From positions 124,001-188,000 of the IMG/VR virus record IMGVR_UViG_3300009034_000001: a stretch of DNA of 64,000 nt, one strand, 5' to 3'. How positions within the stretch are numbered: position 1 is the stretch's first letter; the number at the start of each line of letters is the position of its first letter. Shown here piece after piece: positions 1 to 10,823 of this stretch. The translations under genes were made by a program, and so were the position numbers. Under the pieces are notes generated by a model. It was not told where the DNA came from and ran no database searches. It worked only from the letters and a program-made list of their open reading frames with translations.

Positions 1-13
1 AAGTATGCTCATT

Positions 14-529
14 TCAAATTTTTGATAAGCCCATACCTTTGGTGATACTTTCAACTAATGACTTATACGTTTGACAAGTATCACGGAAAGCTCGATGTGG
101 CGGAATTGGCTCTCTAGTTTTTAATACCTCAAATAACAAACTAGTATCCCAGCCACAATAATGAAACGGCCAATCAAGATTGGCGTGTTTCAAAAGTTTC
201 TGCATAAAAGACCACTCGAAGACAATACAATCAGACATCAAAATGGGTCTCGCCCCCGCGCACTTTTCAACAACCAACTTTGCAACATCTGTGTAAATTT
301 GAGCTTTTTCGATGTATTCAAGTTTACTTATCCTATGTACAACACTAGCATTCCAATGTTGGTTTTCCCAGTATGTTGCATTAGTCACTTGAGGCCAAAG
401 AATCAAGGTATCAATAGTGTGTACAATTTCCCAACTTGCATTAAGATATAAGCCGCCAATTTCAATCGGATAGTCTTCATCTGAAACCAGGCCGGTGGTT
501 TCAAAATCAACTAGGAAGTACTTTATCAT
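14..529 (-). CDS. DEDDh 3'-5' exonuclease (DnaQ-like)
   Basis: ExoI VDFETTG, EIG, ExoIII HRAFRD. Confidence 0.85.
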   Translation of the reverse strand: MIKYFLVDFETTGLVSDEDYPIEIGGLYLNASWEIVHTIDTLILWPQVTNATYWENQHWNASVVHRISKLEYIEKAQIYTDVAKLVVEKCAGARPILMSDCIVFEWSFMQKLLKHANLDWPFHYCGWDTSLLFEVLKTREPIPPHRAFRDTCQTYKSLVESITKGMGLSKI

Positions 530-765
530 ATCATATCACCTCCGAGGGAGCCTAGCTACTAAAGCTCCACTTTAATATCTCTAACAACAGTACGTCCAAA
601 GTACACGCCGTTCAAACATTTATCCTTAGTAATTTCGATCTTTACTACGTCACAATTGGTATTATCTTCAAAGTTCCGAAGTAACTGCTGAACTTGATGG
701 ATCAAATCTGTTTTCAATTTTTTAGCATCCATAAGTAGCATCTAAAACCTCCATGTGAAATTATT

Positions 766-842
766 TGGTGGAACCGGAGGGATTTGAACCCTCAACTTCC
801 TGCTTGCAAGGCAGGTGCTCTCCCAAATTGAGCTACGGCCCC
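766..842 (-). tRNA. tRNA-Ala(UGC), encoded CCA
   Basis: Reverse complement GGGGCCGTAGCTCAATTTGGGAGAGCACCTGCCTTGCAAGCAGG...GGTTCAAATCC...CCACCA; G3:U70 Ala identity pair. Confidence 0.95.
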
Positions 843-934
843 ATACTTTCAACTCGGTGGCATTGGAACATTCCAAAAGAGATAAACCAAAATTACGCCA
901 GTAATAGCCAAAACAACAAAACCCGCCATTTTTA

Positions 935-1426
935 CTATACCCCTAATAAAAACATACCACTAATCCAGATGCCAAGGAAATAAGTTGAGGTTAAAACACA
1001 AGTAGCAATTCCTACATGTTCTAATATGACTTTCCAAGGCTCAAGATTTTGTGTTCTTGCAATATAGAAACTGAATACTGCAAGTAACACCATACCAAAC
1101 ATAATATTAACTATGATAGCAACTTGCAATGAAAAGAGTAAACACGGTATAATAAACAATAAAGTAAACAAGAACTTTGATAAAACAGTCGAAATTGTAG
1201 ATTCCCAAACTGACTTCATACATCTACCCTTTGACTCTTCTGATAGATGAATCCCAAGTGCATCAGAAACGGAATCAGCAACAGCAATCATTAATATAAC
1301 GCCAATAACCGCAAGTTGCAAGTGCGTTCCAGAATACATACCGACCATTAATCCTAACGTTGTTATTACGCTAGAGGTCAATCCAAAACCAAAGCCTGTT
1401 TTTACGGAACGTTTCATAATAACCAA
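935..1426 (-). CDS. VIT1/CCC1-family membrane protein (Fe/Mn transporter-like)
   Basis: FGLTSSVITTLGLMVG and IAVADSVSDALGIHLSEES motifs, several TM helices. Confidence 0.75.
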   Translation of the reverse strand: MVIMKRSVKTGFGFGLTSSVITTLGLMVGMYSGTHLQLAVIGVILMIAVADSVSDALGIHLSEESKGRCMKSVWESTISTVLSKFLFTLLFIIPCLLFSLQVAIIVNIMFGMVLLAVFSFYIARTQNLEPWKVILEHVGIATCVLTSTYFLGIWISGMFLLGV

Positions 1427-1920
1427 ACGTGTTATTCGAAAACGGATGCTTTCATAACTTCGAGGAATAGTTTTTTAATAAGCTTTCCCCTATTCTTTTA
1501 AGTGTTGGTTCAAATGCCATTAAGTGGATTTTCAACAAATCATTTTCTCCTATCGTGCTCTTGGAACGATAGGGTGCATTTTAATTATCAGATATACTAA
1601 ATGGCACTACTTCTGCCAATATAATCAAACTCTTTAACAATTCCTTGAAGAATTACCGGGAGACTGTATCGCCAAAACATTGTTGTAAATTAACTTCCTT
1701 CAATTTTTCAGTTCTTCCAGCGTACAAATCACAACTGCTACAACGGAAATGAATACAGTGTTGAAACTCATGCATTACAAGGTGGCCAATACACTCTGGA
1801 TGCTGTGGACACCAAATGGTAGTGGCCAATAACCTAATTGGCTTCTCCCCCATACAGCCATACACAGGATCCACAATGTGATCAAAAGCAGGCTTACACT
1901 TTGACATCATATGCCTCCGA

Positions 1921-2655
1921 TTAAATTATTTCGTCCAACAAACCAAATTCTTTTGCTTGTTCTGCTGAAAACCACAGGTCTTTCCGTTCCCACTTTTGTT
2001 CGATTTCTTCTGGAGACTTTTTCGTACGCAACGCTAATTCATCACGCAACATTACATTCAACTTTTTCAATTCTGCTATTTCGTCTTCCAACTTGAAAAG
2101 GTCGCCCTCTAGGCCGGCCTTACCACAAACGTGAATCAATATCCTGGACATCTTATAAGCAATTCGTCTTGTACAAGCCTGTAAAATATCAGCTGCCATA
2201 GATGCCGCAAGACCTCTAACCTCTCCAATTATAACCTTCCCATTACGTTGGGCATGTTTTATGGTATTAAAGATCAACAGTCCTGGAAAAACTTCGCCTC
2301 CTCTCGAGTTTATAATAATCACAATCTTATCACGGAACTTGGAAACGTAATTGAAATCCCTCAAGAAATCTTTGGCAACATCATCGTCGATATCACCAAG
2401 TAAAGGCACATACCCATCGTCTAACAGGAGCTTCTGTTGATAATCATGCAACATGTAACGTGGAGTACCATCTGCGCCAATTTGTGGCTTCAAACGTTCT
2501 TGCTCTTCGTCATCATCCACCTCCGCTTCAATCTGTTCTACTACCACCTGTGGGCACATGGGATTAGGATCATGCCTTTTGTGAACATCACTGCACATAA
2601 CAAAACCCCCTTTATCGGACAATATTAGTTTACTTATATCAAATTTTAACTGCAT
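1921..2655 (-). CDS. clpP: ClpP-family protease proteolytic subunit with N-terminal extension
   Basis: IINSRGGEV, GLAASMAA (catalytic Ser), ILIH, DLWFSAEQAKEFGLLDEI. Confidence 0.85.
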   Translation of the reverse strand: MQLKFDISKLILSDKGGFVMCSDVHKRHDPNPMCPQVVVEQIEAEVDDDEEQERLKPQIGADGTPRYMLHDYQQKLLLDDGYVPLLGDIDDDVAKDFLRDFNYVSKFRDKIVIIINSRGGEVFPGLLIFNTIKHAQRNGKVIIGEVRGLAASMAADILQACTRRIAYKMSRILIHVCGKAGLEGDLFKLEDEIAELKKLNVMLRDELALRTKKSPEEIEQKWERKDLWFSAEQAKEFGLLDEII

Positions 2656-2703
2656 TGATAAGGAACCTTCAACAAGAAACTAACCACATAGTTAAAAAGG
2701 CAA

Positions 2704-3258
2704 TTATGACCTTCCAAAGTAGGCCAGAACTCTTACTGTTTGAATTGCATCGTCTAAAGCATCATGATGTTTTCCATCAATGGGAAGTTGTAACCTTTTT
2801 GATACGTTCTTCAAGCCCCAAGACTTTGGCTTTAGTCCACGTTTACACATTTCCCACATTACAATACTTTTCAAATCCACACACCGCCGGTAAAAAGGAC
2901 AATTGCGGTTAATCTTTTCATATTGTACACGGAGAAAACCGGCATCAAAGGATACGCCCCAGGCTGCAAACTGTACGGACTTTGGATCCGTTAAAGCTTC
3001 CACCTTTTCCAATACTGGTTCCAGGGATGGCGCATTTAACAATACCTCTTCGGGAATTTGGTGTACCATCATAGACTTAGGCCTTCTAGTAGCTTCCAGG
3101 GGCTTCACGTAACTGCCAAATGACTTAATGATAGTTAATGTTTGTTTACAAACCAACACCGCGCCAATCTGACAGATACTGTAAGCTGACATCGGATCAA
3201 CGCCTGTTGCTTCAACGTCAATCACCAATAAATTCGTAGGAAAGTACATATCTAACAC
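2704..3258 (-). CDS. DEDDh 3'-5' exonuclease
   Basis: IDVEATG, CQIGAV, SFDAGFL, HHDALDDA. Confidence 0.88.
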   Translation of the reverse strand: MLDMYFPTNLLVIDVEATGVDPMSAYSICQIGAVLVCKQTLTIIKSFGSYVKPLEATRRPKSMMVHQIPEEVLLNAPSLEPVLEKVEALTDPKSVQFAAWGVSFDAGFLRVQYEKINRNCPFYRRCVDLKSIVMWEMCKRGLKPKSWGLKNVSKRLQLPIDGKHHDALDDAIQTVRVLAYFGRS

Positions 3259-3913
3259 CTCAAAACCGGTTTTCTACCGGTGAAAGTTAACAAAAGGGTA
3301 TCCAATCGTAAGCAATACCCAAAGTAGCAATACAATCCATATAGGACTTAAAACCCAAATCCATGGCCAGCTAACAACATTTAGAACTTTTAATAAGACA
3401 AACAAGACGGCAACAATAACAGACAACTTAATATAAGTATGCACAAATATAGCAAGTTCAGCAAGTACGAAGTAAATTTGGGATATCAATCTTCTACCTC
3501 CTTACATCTAGTATGATCAAAACAAATAATACATTCCCGACAAATGGTACAAGGACGGTGTCGGTCAGCATACTCCTTGAACTTGCACTTCTGCTCATCA
3601 TCACAACCAAAAAGCCCTCCGCCACCTTCACAACTAACTAAACAGCCACACTCTAACGGTGTCCAAAATTCTCTGGCCAACGTTCACACCTCCTTTAACA
3701 TATTTTTTACCGCCTTCCTAAATGTCTTATCACTTCGCATAGCATCTAAAAACTCTCTCTTTGTAGTACTCAACTTAATGTTTTTCCTCATTCCTTCAAT
3801 AGTGACAGCATCGTACTTCCTCCAACAAGGTGGAACGCCACCTGGCCTTCCGTCCCTTTCCCACTGTATACACCCCATACACATTACGTTCACCTCCATA
3901 GTCATTATTTTAT

Positions 3914-6343
3914 TCATTCTACGATAGACGTATGGAACCCTTTATAACCTTCAGCAAGCTCTATAAGCCGTTTGTTCACTAAGTAATTCACGGTGCCTTT
4001 GGGATAGGTATTATCCTTCCGTTGTGTGCCAGCAGACAATCCAGTCAAGATTTCAATACCTTCATTGATCGAATTTATCTTATAAATATGAAATTGGCCT
4101 TTTTTAACGGCTTGTGTCACATCCTCACGAAGCATCAAATTCCTTATATTCCGTGCCGGAATTAAAACGCCTTGTTCTCCCGTCAGACCTTTTTCTTTAC
4201 ATACATCAAAGAATCCTTCGATCTTTTGATTTACACCACCAATTGGCTGAATTTCACCTTGTTGGTTAACCGAGCCGGTCACGGCTATATACTGCTTAAT
4301 TGGAATATCGGCAAGGCTTGACAGTACGGCGTAAAGTTCAGTAGAAGAGGCACTATCCCCATCTACGCCAGTATAAGTTTGTTCAAAGCAAAGACTTGCT
4401 GTAAGAGACAAAGGCTTATCTTGTGCAAATTTCGATCCCAAGTAGCCAGATAAGATAAGCACGCCTTTATCATGAATTCGTCCGCTGAGTTTTGACTCTC
4501 TTTCAATATTAATCACACCACGTTTACCCAAGAAGGTTTTTGCTGTAATGCGTGAAGGGAAACCGAAACTAAATATTCCAAAGTCATAAACAGCTAATCC
4601 GTTAACCTGTCCAACAACTGACCCTTCAACATCAACCATAAGTGTTCCTTCGGAAATTAGTTGCCGGATATTCTCAGCTACAAGATCAAGTCGATGAATC
4701 TTCTTTTTAACAGCCATATCAACATGTGTTCCAGTAATCATTCGGCTTTCAGACTTCTTTGCCCAGTAGTCCGCCTCAATTGCCAAATCTTTCAACTGTC
4801 CAAAACGAGAAGATAACTTCTCCTGGTCACTTACCGCTCTTGAAGCATATTCCATAACCTTAGCAACACCTGCGCGGTCAAAGGGCAGTAACTTTTCACT
4901 GTCGCAACACTTTCGCAGAAACTGCGCATAACACACCAAATTTTCATCAGTTCGCTTGACTTTGTTGTTAAAATCAGCCTTTACCTTAAACATTTCCCAG
5001 AAATCTTCTTCATACAACGCCAGGAGTTGATAGATACGCTCCTCCCCGGTCATTACTATTTTGACGTTTAAAGGCACGGGCTGCGGTCTGATCCCTTGTG
5101 GAACAAGGAAACCAAATTGTTCAAGAGGGTCTTCAAGTCTAACTTCCTTTGTTTTGATAGCCCTCTTAAGTCCATCCCAAACTCCAGGACTAAACAAAAC
5201 ATCGCGTACGTTAAGAATTAAGTACCCACCGTTGGCCAATTGAAGGGATCCTGGTTTAATCATTGTGTGATCACTTATATAAGCGCCCATTACAGCCTTC
5301 CTTTCAATTTTGCCAAACATATTAAACCAACTGGGATTAGATTCAATAACTATTGGTGGCCCTTGAGAACAACTATTATCTACAAGCACATTCACCTTGA
5401 AGACAATAAACGGATCTGTTTGTATTGGAAAGGTAACTTCTTGTGAACTGTTTTTTGTTGGCTTGAAAAATAGTTGCAATTTTGTGAGTACAAATTCTTT
5501 AACCTCGTTTAAGAAATTTCTCACTTCCAGATATTCGCCATAGACTTCAAACAATTCAGTAAAAGGTCCAGTTATTACAAATTCGGCCACTCTTTTGCCC
5601 ATCTTGTTCAACTTAATGTCCGCCTCTTTTTCGAGACCGCTTACTAGTCTAGCGGTTGCATCAACCTTTTTCATCATCAGCCTTCGCTTTGTTTCAATGG
5701 CTTCCCTTTCTTCATCCTTTAGGCTTAAGAAATCCTCTCTGGATAAAGGCTTGCCGTCAGCCAAAGGAACTACTGTTGAGCCAGACATCGAAAGTTCAAC
5801 CATTAAGCCATCCTTCTTTGCTTCCATATCTAAAACGTGCAGTACTTCGCGATATTCCTTCTGTTTAGCTTCCAAAATTTCCTGCTTACGGTTCTGGACT
5901 TCTTCACTAGTAAAAGCCTTGGGTATTTCCACTTGCAAAGTCTTTAGAAGCCATTCCATATGATTCTTAAAGGACTTACCACACCCCTTTGATAATTTTA
6001 AAATCCGGGGCCGATCCGGATCGGTAAAGTTGTGTACGTAGCACCAATCACAGGGCTGAAAATTTATACCATGCGACCGTTTATCATTAACAAATTTTTC
6101 CACGCAAGACTTGATAGTGGTAGCCTTTCCGGTTCCAGTAAGTCCAGTTAGAAAGAGGTTATAACCCTGACTGTCAACATCTAGTCCAAAGTTAATGGAA
6201 TCTAATGCACGCTCTTGGCCAATAAATTCTTTAAGTGGCTCTAGGTTCGAGGTATCCTTGAACTTGAAATGTGTGGACGGACATCTCCATCGTAGTTCCT
6301 TAAGGGGAACTTTAAATTTTTTAAGCCTAATTTTATTTGACAT
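3914..6343 (-). CDS. Lon-family (LonC/YcbZ-type, peptidase S16) AAA protease
   Basis: IGQERA, GLTGTGKAT, ANGGYLIL, VDGDSASSTE catalytic Ser, QPIGGVNQKIEGFF. Confidence 0.9.
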   Translation of the reverse strand: MSNKIRLKKFKVPLKELRWRCPSTHFKFKDTSNLEPLKEFIGQERALDSINFGLDVDSQGYNLFLTGLTGTGKATTIKSCVEKFVNDKRSHGINFQPCDWCYVHNFTDPDRPRILKLSKGCGKSFKNHMEWLLKTLQVEIPKAFTSEEVQNRKQEILEAKQKEYREVLHVLDMEAKKDGLMVELSMSGSTVVPLADGKPLSREDFLSLKDEEREAIETKRRLMMKKVDATARLVSGLEKEADIKLNKMGKRVAEFVITGPFTELFEVYGEYLEVRNFLNEVKEFVLTKLQLFFKPTKNSSQEVTFPIQTDPFIVFKVNVLVDNSCSQGPPIVIESNPSWFNMFGKIERKAVMGAYISDHTMIKPGSLQLANGGYLILNVRDVLFSPGVWDGLKRAIKTKEVRLEDPLEQFGFLVPQGIRPQPVPLNVKIVMTGEERIYQLLALYEEDFWEMFKVKADFNNKVKRTDENLVCYAQFLRKCCDSEKLLPFDRAGVAKVMEYASRAVSDQEKLSSRFGQLKDLAIEADYWAKKSESRMITGTHVDMAVKKKIHRLDLVAENIRQLISEGTLMVDVEGSVVGQVNGLAVYDFGIFSFGFPSRITAKTFLGKRGVINIERESKLSGRIHDKGVLILSGYLGSKFAQDKPLSLTASLCFEQTYTGVDGDSASSTELYAVLSSLADIPIKQYIAVTGSVNQQGEIQPIGGVNQKIEGFFDVCKEKGLTGEQGVLIPARNIRNLMLREDVTQAVKKGQFHIYKINSINEGIEILTGLSAGTQRKDNTYPKGTVNYLVNKRLIELAEGYKGFHTSIVE

Positions 6344-6354
6344 CCTCTTTCCTC

Positions 6355-7080
6355 CTATTTCTCTTCACCTTCAAAATAACCGTCAATGGCCGAACGACAC
6401 TTTGAAAACTCTGGAGCCGCTGACGAACGCCAACCAAAGTGTTGGTAAACAAAGATGCCGTTCTTCCACTCGTTGGACAACTTCGACCAATTAACCCCTT
6501 TACCGTATAACATTTCGTGTATATCCGACTGATTCTTATTCATTAACTCATTATGCGAAAAGTGTGACTGAGCTAACATATGTATACTGTTACGTTCCCA
6601 ATCCTTCTGACGCCAAATGAAGTAGTTACAAACTTCTTCCTTTGGGATATTAAATACTCTACAATCAAACAGGGCTAATTGGGGAGGCAAAACCACACCA
6701 TACCCATCAATGAAGAAATTTTTCGTAAATGTTACAGAAGCAATACTAGCTGCGATAGAAGTCATCTTTTGAATGTTATAATCAAACCAAGCTGAGGTAT
6801 TTAACTTATCAAAATCCGAAATCAAGATCGAAATTTCATCGGATTGGACATATGCACATTTTGAACCTTGGATTTCACTACACAACGCAATTGCGGTCTT
6901 TTTCATACAATCCGAAAAGATGTTATCAAACGGTTTTTCACATCTTCGTGTCAGGGTATGAAATGCTTTCCCATCCAGTCTCATAATAACAGGCGTTCTG
7001 CGACATAGTTTAATCCTGTAACGATTTTCGTAGTTCTCCTTCATTCTATCGCCTATCGACTGAGTCATGAGGTCCTCCAA
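6355..7080 (-). CDS. Thg1-like tRNA(His) guanylyltransferase / 3'-5' polymerase
   Basis: RLDGKAFH, YVQSDEIS, FDCRVF, NYFIWRQKD..RNS. Confidence 0.92.
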   Translation of the reverse strand: MEDLMTQSIGDRMKENYENRYRIKLCRRTPVIMRLDGKAFHTLTRRCEKPFDNIFSDCMKKTAIALCSEIQGSKCAYVQSDEISILISDFDKLNTSAWFDYNIQKMTSIAASIASVTFTKNFFIDGYGVVLPPQLALFDCRVFNIPKEEVCNYFIWRQKDWERNSIHMLAQSHFSHNELMNKNQSDIHEMLYGKGVNWSKLSNEWKNGIFVYQHFGWRSSAAPEFSKCRSAIDGYFEGEEK

Positions 7081-7429
7081 ATTTATTTGAGCTATAACTT
7101 TTTTTCTTCAATCCATTCAACGGTTACCAAATTACCAAATAATTTATTAATGTTTTTCTCAATTGACTTTAGGTTTTTCTGCCATGGCCCAAAACTTTTA
7201 ACCATAGTTACGGTCACTTCGGAACTAACATAAGTTGCATAGGCCAAATCCTTTAGAAACTTACCATTGGCAAACTCCCATGCTCGGTTTTCCTTTGTAA
7301 AATACATTCGTACTTTACAATGATGTGGTTCGTAGTATTCCCACTTTACCTCAAAGTGAATTGGTTTCTTCGACTTCGTCATCCTCATCGCTACCCCCTT
7401 CATGCCAATTGTTTAAACCTAAAAAAGCT

Positions 7430-7651
7430 TCACTTATGTGTGTCTTCATCTTCATTATCAGTCGATTCTTCAATCAAATCTGATACCTCGTCACGTAAGC
7501 TAGTGATTGGCAGTTCAAGCTCATAACCTAGTAGCCACTCCAATGCAGCTTTCACGCCCTTGTTGTACGGACTGGCCACTTTGTCAGACTCGTCACATTC
7601 AAGCATCTTCAAAACAACATCATCTCGACTTCTCCTAAATTGTTCACACAT
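7430..7651 (-). CDS. small acidic phage protein, tandem paralog 1
   Basis: Near-identical to 7689-7916 (YNKGVxAALEWxLG). Confidence 0.7.
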   Translation of the reverse strand: MCEQFRRSRDDVVLKMLECDESDKVASPYNKGVKAALEWLLGYELELPITSLRDEVSDLIEESTDNEDEDTHK

Positions 7652-7946
7652 TTACCTTTCCCTCCATTGCAGAAATTATTGTGTATACTTACCTTAACCT
7701 CACGTCTTCATTTTCACTATCAGATGATTCTTCATCAAAATCCAAGTTTACCAAGTCGCGTGGGTCAATAATAGATAGTTCATCCTCATAACCTAAAATC
7801 CACTCCAAAGCCGCGTTCACTCCCTTGTTGTAAGGAACAAAAGATTTGGCAGACTCTTCACATTCAAACATCTTTGCGACAACTTCATCTCGACTTCTCT
7901 TAAAATGTTCACACATTTACCTTTCCCTCCATTGCAGAAATTATTG
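7641..7946. repeat. 41-bp exact direct repeat (7641-7681 and 7906-7946) marking a ~265-bp tandem duplication
   Basis: tgttcacacatttacctttccctccattgcagaaattattg occurs twice. Confidence 0.9.
7689..7916 (-). CDS. small acidic phage protein, tandem paralog 2
   Basis: Near-identical to 7430-7651. Confidence 0.7.
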   Translation of the reverse strand: MCEHFKRSRDEVVAKMFECEESAKSFVPYNKGVNAALEWILGYEDELSIIDPRDLVNLDFDEESSDSENEDVRLR

Positions 7947-9036
7947 AATATACATACCGCATTTTATCCTTTGGACAAAACTGCGACATATACCTCATTA
8001 CCTGTCGTTTGTCTTCCATTAACTTAACGCCAAACTCCTTATACTTTTGTAAAACTTCATTCCTTAACTTTACTTCAAATTTAACGTCGTTGATACACTT
8101 CCATACAAGATCCTGGCGAGCTTCAACTTCGCGGTCTGTAATTTCTTCCAATAACAGCTCCTTAACAAATGTATAGGTAAGTTCTTCAACAGATACGTTT
8201 TCAAGCGCGTTATAACATGTTGTTAAAATGTCTTGCTTATTTAAACCTGGCTTAGCATGAACTGCCATCACACTTTCGGGTTTACATTTCCATTGAACCC
8301 AGCCCAACTCAGGATCTTTGACATACACCACAGAACCTTCGGAGCCTTCAATGCCAAAATCTGTTGTTTTATTAGTATTTTCAAGTTCACCACGTATCCT
8401 CTTGTAAAAGTCTTCGAAGTTGTTCTCGGGTTTAATTTGATAATAAACTGTAGCAGTCGGAACTTCCGTTGTGAATGATTCTGGCAGCAGTATTTGTTCG
8501 GACTTCCTGTCAATTCCAAATATCAATGCAGTATCAAGCGGCGTGGGATAAATTATTAAATGTTTATTTCTTATCCCATAAAGTTCACAAACAGCGGTAC
8601 GTTCCATACTGGGTAAACGCTTAATAGCGGGATAACGTTCTAACATTTCACGCCACATCTTTACGAAGTCGTAAGATTCAAAACTGTGCATGACTGGCGT
8701 CATCCTAGTCTTATAAGTTACATATTCTTTCCTTCTGAAACGGTAAACGTAACAAATAATAGCTGTGCCGTCATACTTTTGATAAGCAGGCGAAACTTCA
8801 AGAGTATGATGGAAGAAAAATTTGCCAAACCTATTATGAGGATAGTACATCTTTGGCGCACTCATTATAAACTGAGCTTCGCATTGCATTCCGTTTATAT
8901 GTGTTAACCAAAGTGATCCATAGTATTTGCCAGACTCCGTGCACATATATCCGGAAAGGAGATGATCCGGATTAAAAACATCAACTACATCTTTAAATTC
9001 ACGACGTGGCTTCGTAAGAAATTCAGTAAATTCCAA
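7909..9036 (-). CDS. divergent ATP-dependent (RNA) ligase-family nucleotidyltransferase
   Basis: Motif I QKYDGT, CELYG, EGSVVY, WKCK; probable TTG start at 9036 after AAGGAGG. Confidence 0.65.
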   Translation of the reverse strand: MEFTEFLTKPRREFKDVVDVFNPDHLLSGYMCTESGKYYGSLWLTHINGMQCEAQFIMSAPKMYYPHNRFGKFFFHHTLEVSPAYQKYDGTAIICYVYRFRRKEYVTYKTRMTPVMHSFESYDFVKMWREMLERYPAIKRLPSMERTAVCELYGIRNKHLIIYPTPLDTALIFGIDRKSEQILLPESFTTEVPTATVYYQIKPENNFEDFYKRIRGELENTNKTTDFGIEGSEGSVVYVKDPELGWVQWKCKPESVMAVHAKPGLNKQDILTTCYNALENVSVEELTYTFVKELLLEEITDREVEARQDLVWKCINDVKFEVKLRNEVLQKYKEFGVKLMEDKRQVMRYMSQFCPKDKMRYVYSIISAMEGKVNV

Positions 9037-9040
9037 TTCG

Positions 9041-9982
9041 CTACCTCCTTGGTTTGTGCCGCATAAATGTTTCAATAGTAGCCACAATACTACGCGGTGT
9101 TAAATTATATTTCTTTAATAACGATTCTGGAGAACCCGAGCGAGTAAATATATCAGGAATACCAATACGTAACATTGAAACAAGTTTGTGTTCCATTAAA
9201 CATTCTGACACAGCATCACCTAAACCGCCAATTACTGAATGATCCTCGACGGTAACTACCGAGCCAGTACTTCCAGCACAATGCAACAATAATTCAGTAT
9301 CCAATGGTTTAACTGTTGACATAGCAACAATACTACTGGAAACACCAGACATTTGAAGATAGTTTGCAACTTGTAAACATGTATGAGTTAAATAACCTGT
9401 TGTCACAATTGTGACATCTTTACCGTCACGCAAACAGCTACCCTTCCCAATTTCAAAATGGTTACGCTTTTCAACAATCTCTGGCATATCAATTCTACAA
9501 CCTCTAATATACACCGGGCCTGGATGTGCTACAACAGTTTCAACAACCTGTTCCATTTCGGTGCTATCTATTGGAGCAATCACGGTCATATTTGGTATTA
9601 CTCGCATTAATGCAAGATCTTCCAACGCGTGGTGTGATACACCGTCGGGTCCAACGGTTATTCCGCCATGGCTACCAAAGATTTTTACATTCAAGTTGTC
9701 CAACGCAATTGTTTGTCTTATTTGTTCCCATCCCCTACAAACAAAGATTGCAAAGGTAGCCAGGAAAACAATCTTACCAGTTAGTGCAAGTCCCGCAGCT
9801 ACGGACATCATATTTTGTTCTTGTACCCCAACGTTAAAAAACCGATCCGGGAAAGTCTTCGCAAAGTAATGGGTCTTTGTTGATGATGAAAGGTCAGCAT
9901 CGAGCACGACAACGTCTTTATTTAATGTACCTACTTCTTGTAGTTTCTTTCCGAAAGCATCTCGCGGATTACGCTTTTCCAT
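9041..9982 (-). CDS. transketolase, C-terminal (pyrimidine-binding) subunit
   Basis: LDADLSSST, RFFNVGVQEQNM, GPDGVSHH, TVEDHSVIGGLG. Confidence 0.93.
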   Translation of the reverse strand: MEKRNPRDAFGKKLQEVGTLNKDVVVLDADLSSSTKTHYFAKTFPDRFFNVGVQEQNMMSVAAGLALTGKIVFLATFAIFVCRGWEQIRQTIALDNLNVKIFGSHGGITVGPDGVSHHALEDLALMRVIPNMTVIAPIDSTEMEQVVETVVAHPGPVYIRGCRIDMPEIVEKRNHFEIGKGSCLRDGKDVTIVTTGYLTHTCLQVANYLQMSGVSSSIVAMSTVKPLDTELLLHCAGSTGSVVTVEDHSVIGGLGDAVSECLMEHKLVSMLRIGIPDIFTRSGSPESLLKKYNLTPRSIVATIETFMRHKPRR

Positions 9983-10823
9983 TTAACTCCTCCAACGCTT
10001 TAATATACTCTGCATACGTAGGTGCAACCCCATGATACTTTACTCGATTTTCCATAAAAGAAACGCCTTTACCTTTGACGGTCTTTGCAATAACGCACAA
10101 TGGTCTGTGATGAGTTCGTGGGTATTGAAGTACGCGTTTTAACTGAACAAAGTCGTGTCCATCAACTGAAAACGTTTCCCAACCAAAGGATTGAAACTTG
10201 AGATAAAGTGGATAGATATTCATAACATCAGTAATACGCCCGTCTATCTGGAGGTCGTTATTATCCACAATAACAACAAGATTATCAAGTTCATAGTGAC
10301 TCGCACACATAGCGGCCTCCCAAATTTGTCCAGACTGTAACTCGCCATCACCAGTTACTACAAACACTCTGTTCGGATCCTGATTGAGTTTAAGTCCTAG
10401 TGCAATTCCAACGCCAACTGATAGCCCTTGTCCAAGTGAGCCAGTAGAAACTTCAATACCTGGAGTAAACTTCCTCCTTGGATGCCCTTGAAGCTGGCCA
10501 AAAATTGTCCTTAACTCTAACAAATCCTTAATTGGAAAATAACCTAATCTAGCAAGGATAGAATAAAGCGTTGGACAACCATGACCCTTCGATAATATAA
10601 AATAATCGTGCGGAACATTTACATCAGTTGCAGACAACGGAGGTAAACTCATTACATGACAGAAGAGTGTAGCTAGTATTTCTACACAGGATAATGCGCC
10701 GCCCGTGTGTCCAGAGCCTGCAACACACAACATAGTAAGTACATCTTCCCTTATCCTCTTGACCAGTTTCGGAAATGGCAAAGTACGGAATGTTTCACTA
10801 CTACTAATTATATCTATTGCCAT
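9969..10823 (-). CDS. transketolase, N-terminal (ThDP-binding) subunit
   Basis: SGHTGG, LSKGH, LQGHP, TGSLGQG, GDGELQSG..WEA, TVKGKG. Confidence 0.93.
   Translation of the reverse strand: MAIDIISSSETFRTLPFPKLVKRIREDVLTMLCVAGSGHTGGALSCVEILATLFCHVMSLPPLSATDVNVPHDYFILSKGHGCPTLYSILARLGYFPIKDLLELRTIFGQLQGHPRRKFTPGIEVSTGSLGQGLSVGVGIALGLKLNQDPNRVFVVTGDGELQSGQIWEAAMCASHYELDNLVVIVDNNDLQIDGRITDVMNIYPLYLKFQSFGWETFSVDGHDFVQLKRVLQYPRTHHRPLCVIAKTVKGKGVSFMENRVKYHGVAPTYAEYIKALEELNGKA

Noticed and set aside
765-983. Plus-strand ORF MVEPEGFEPSTSCLQ
   Set aside because: Antisense translation of tRNA-Ala.
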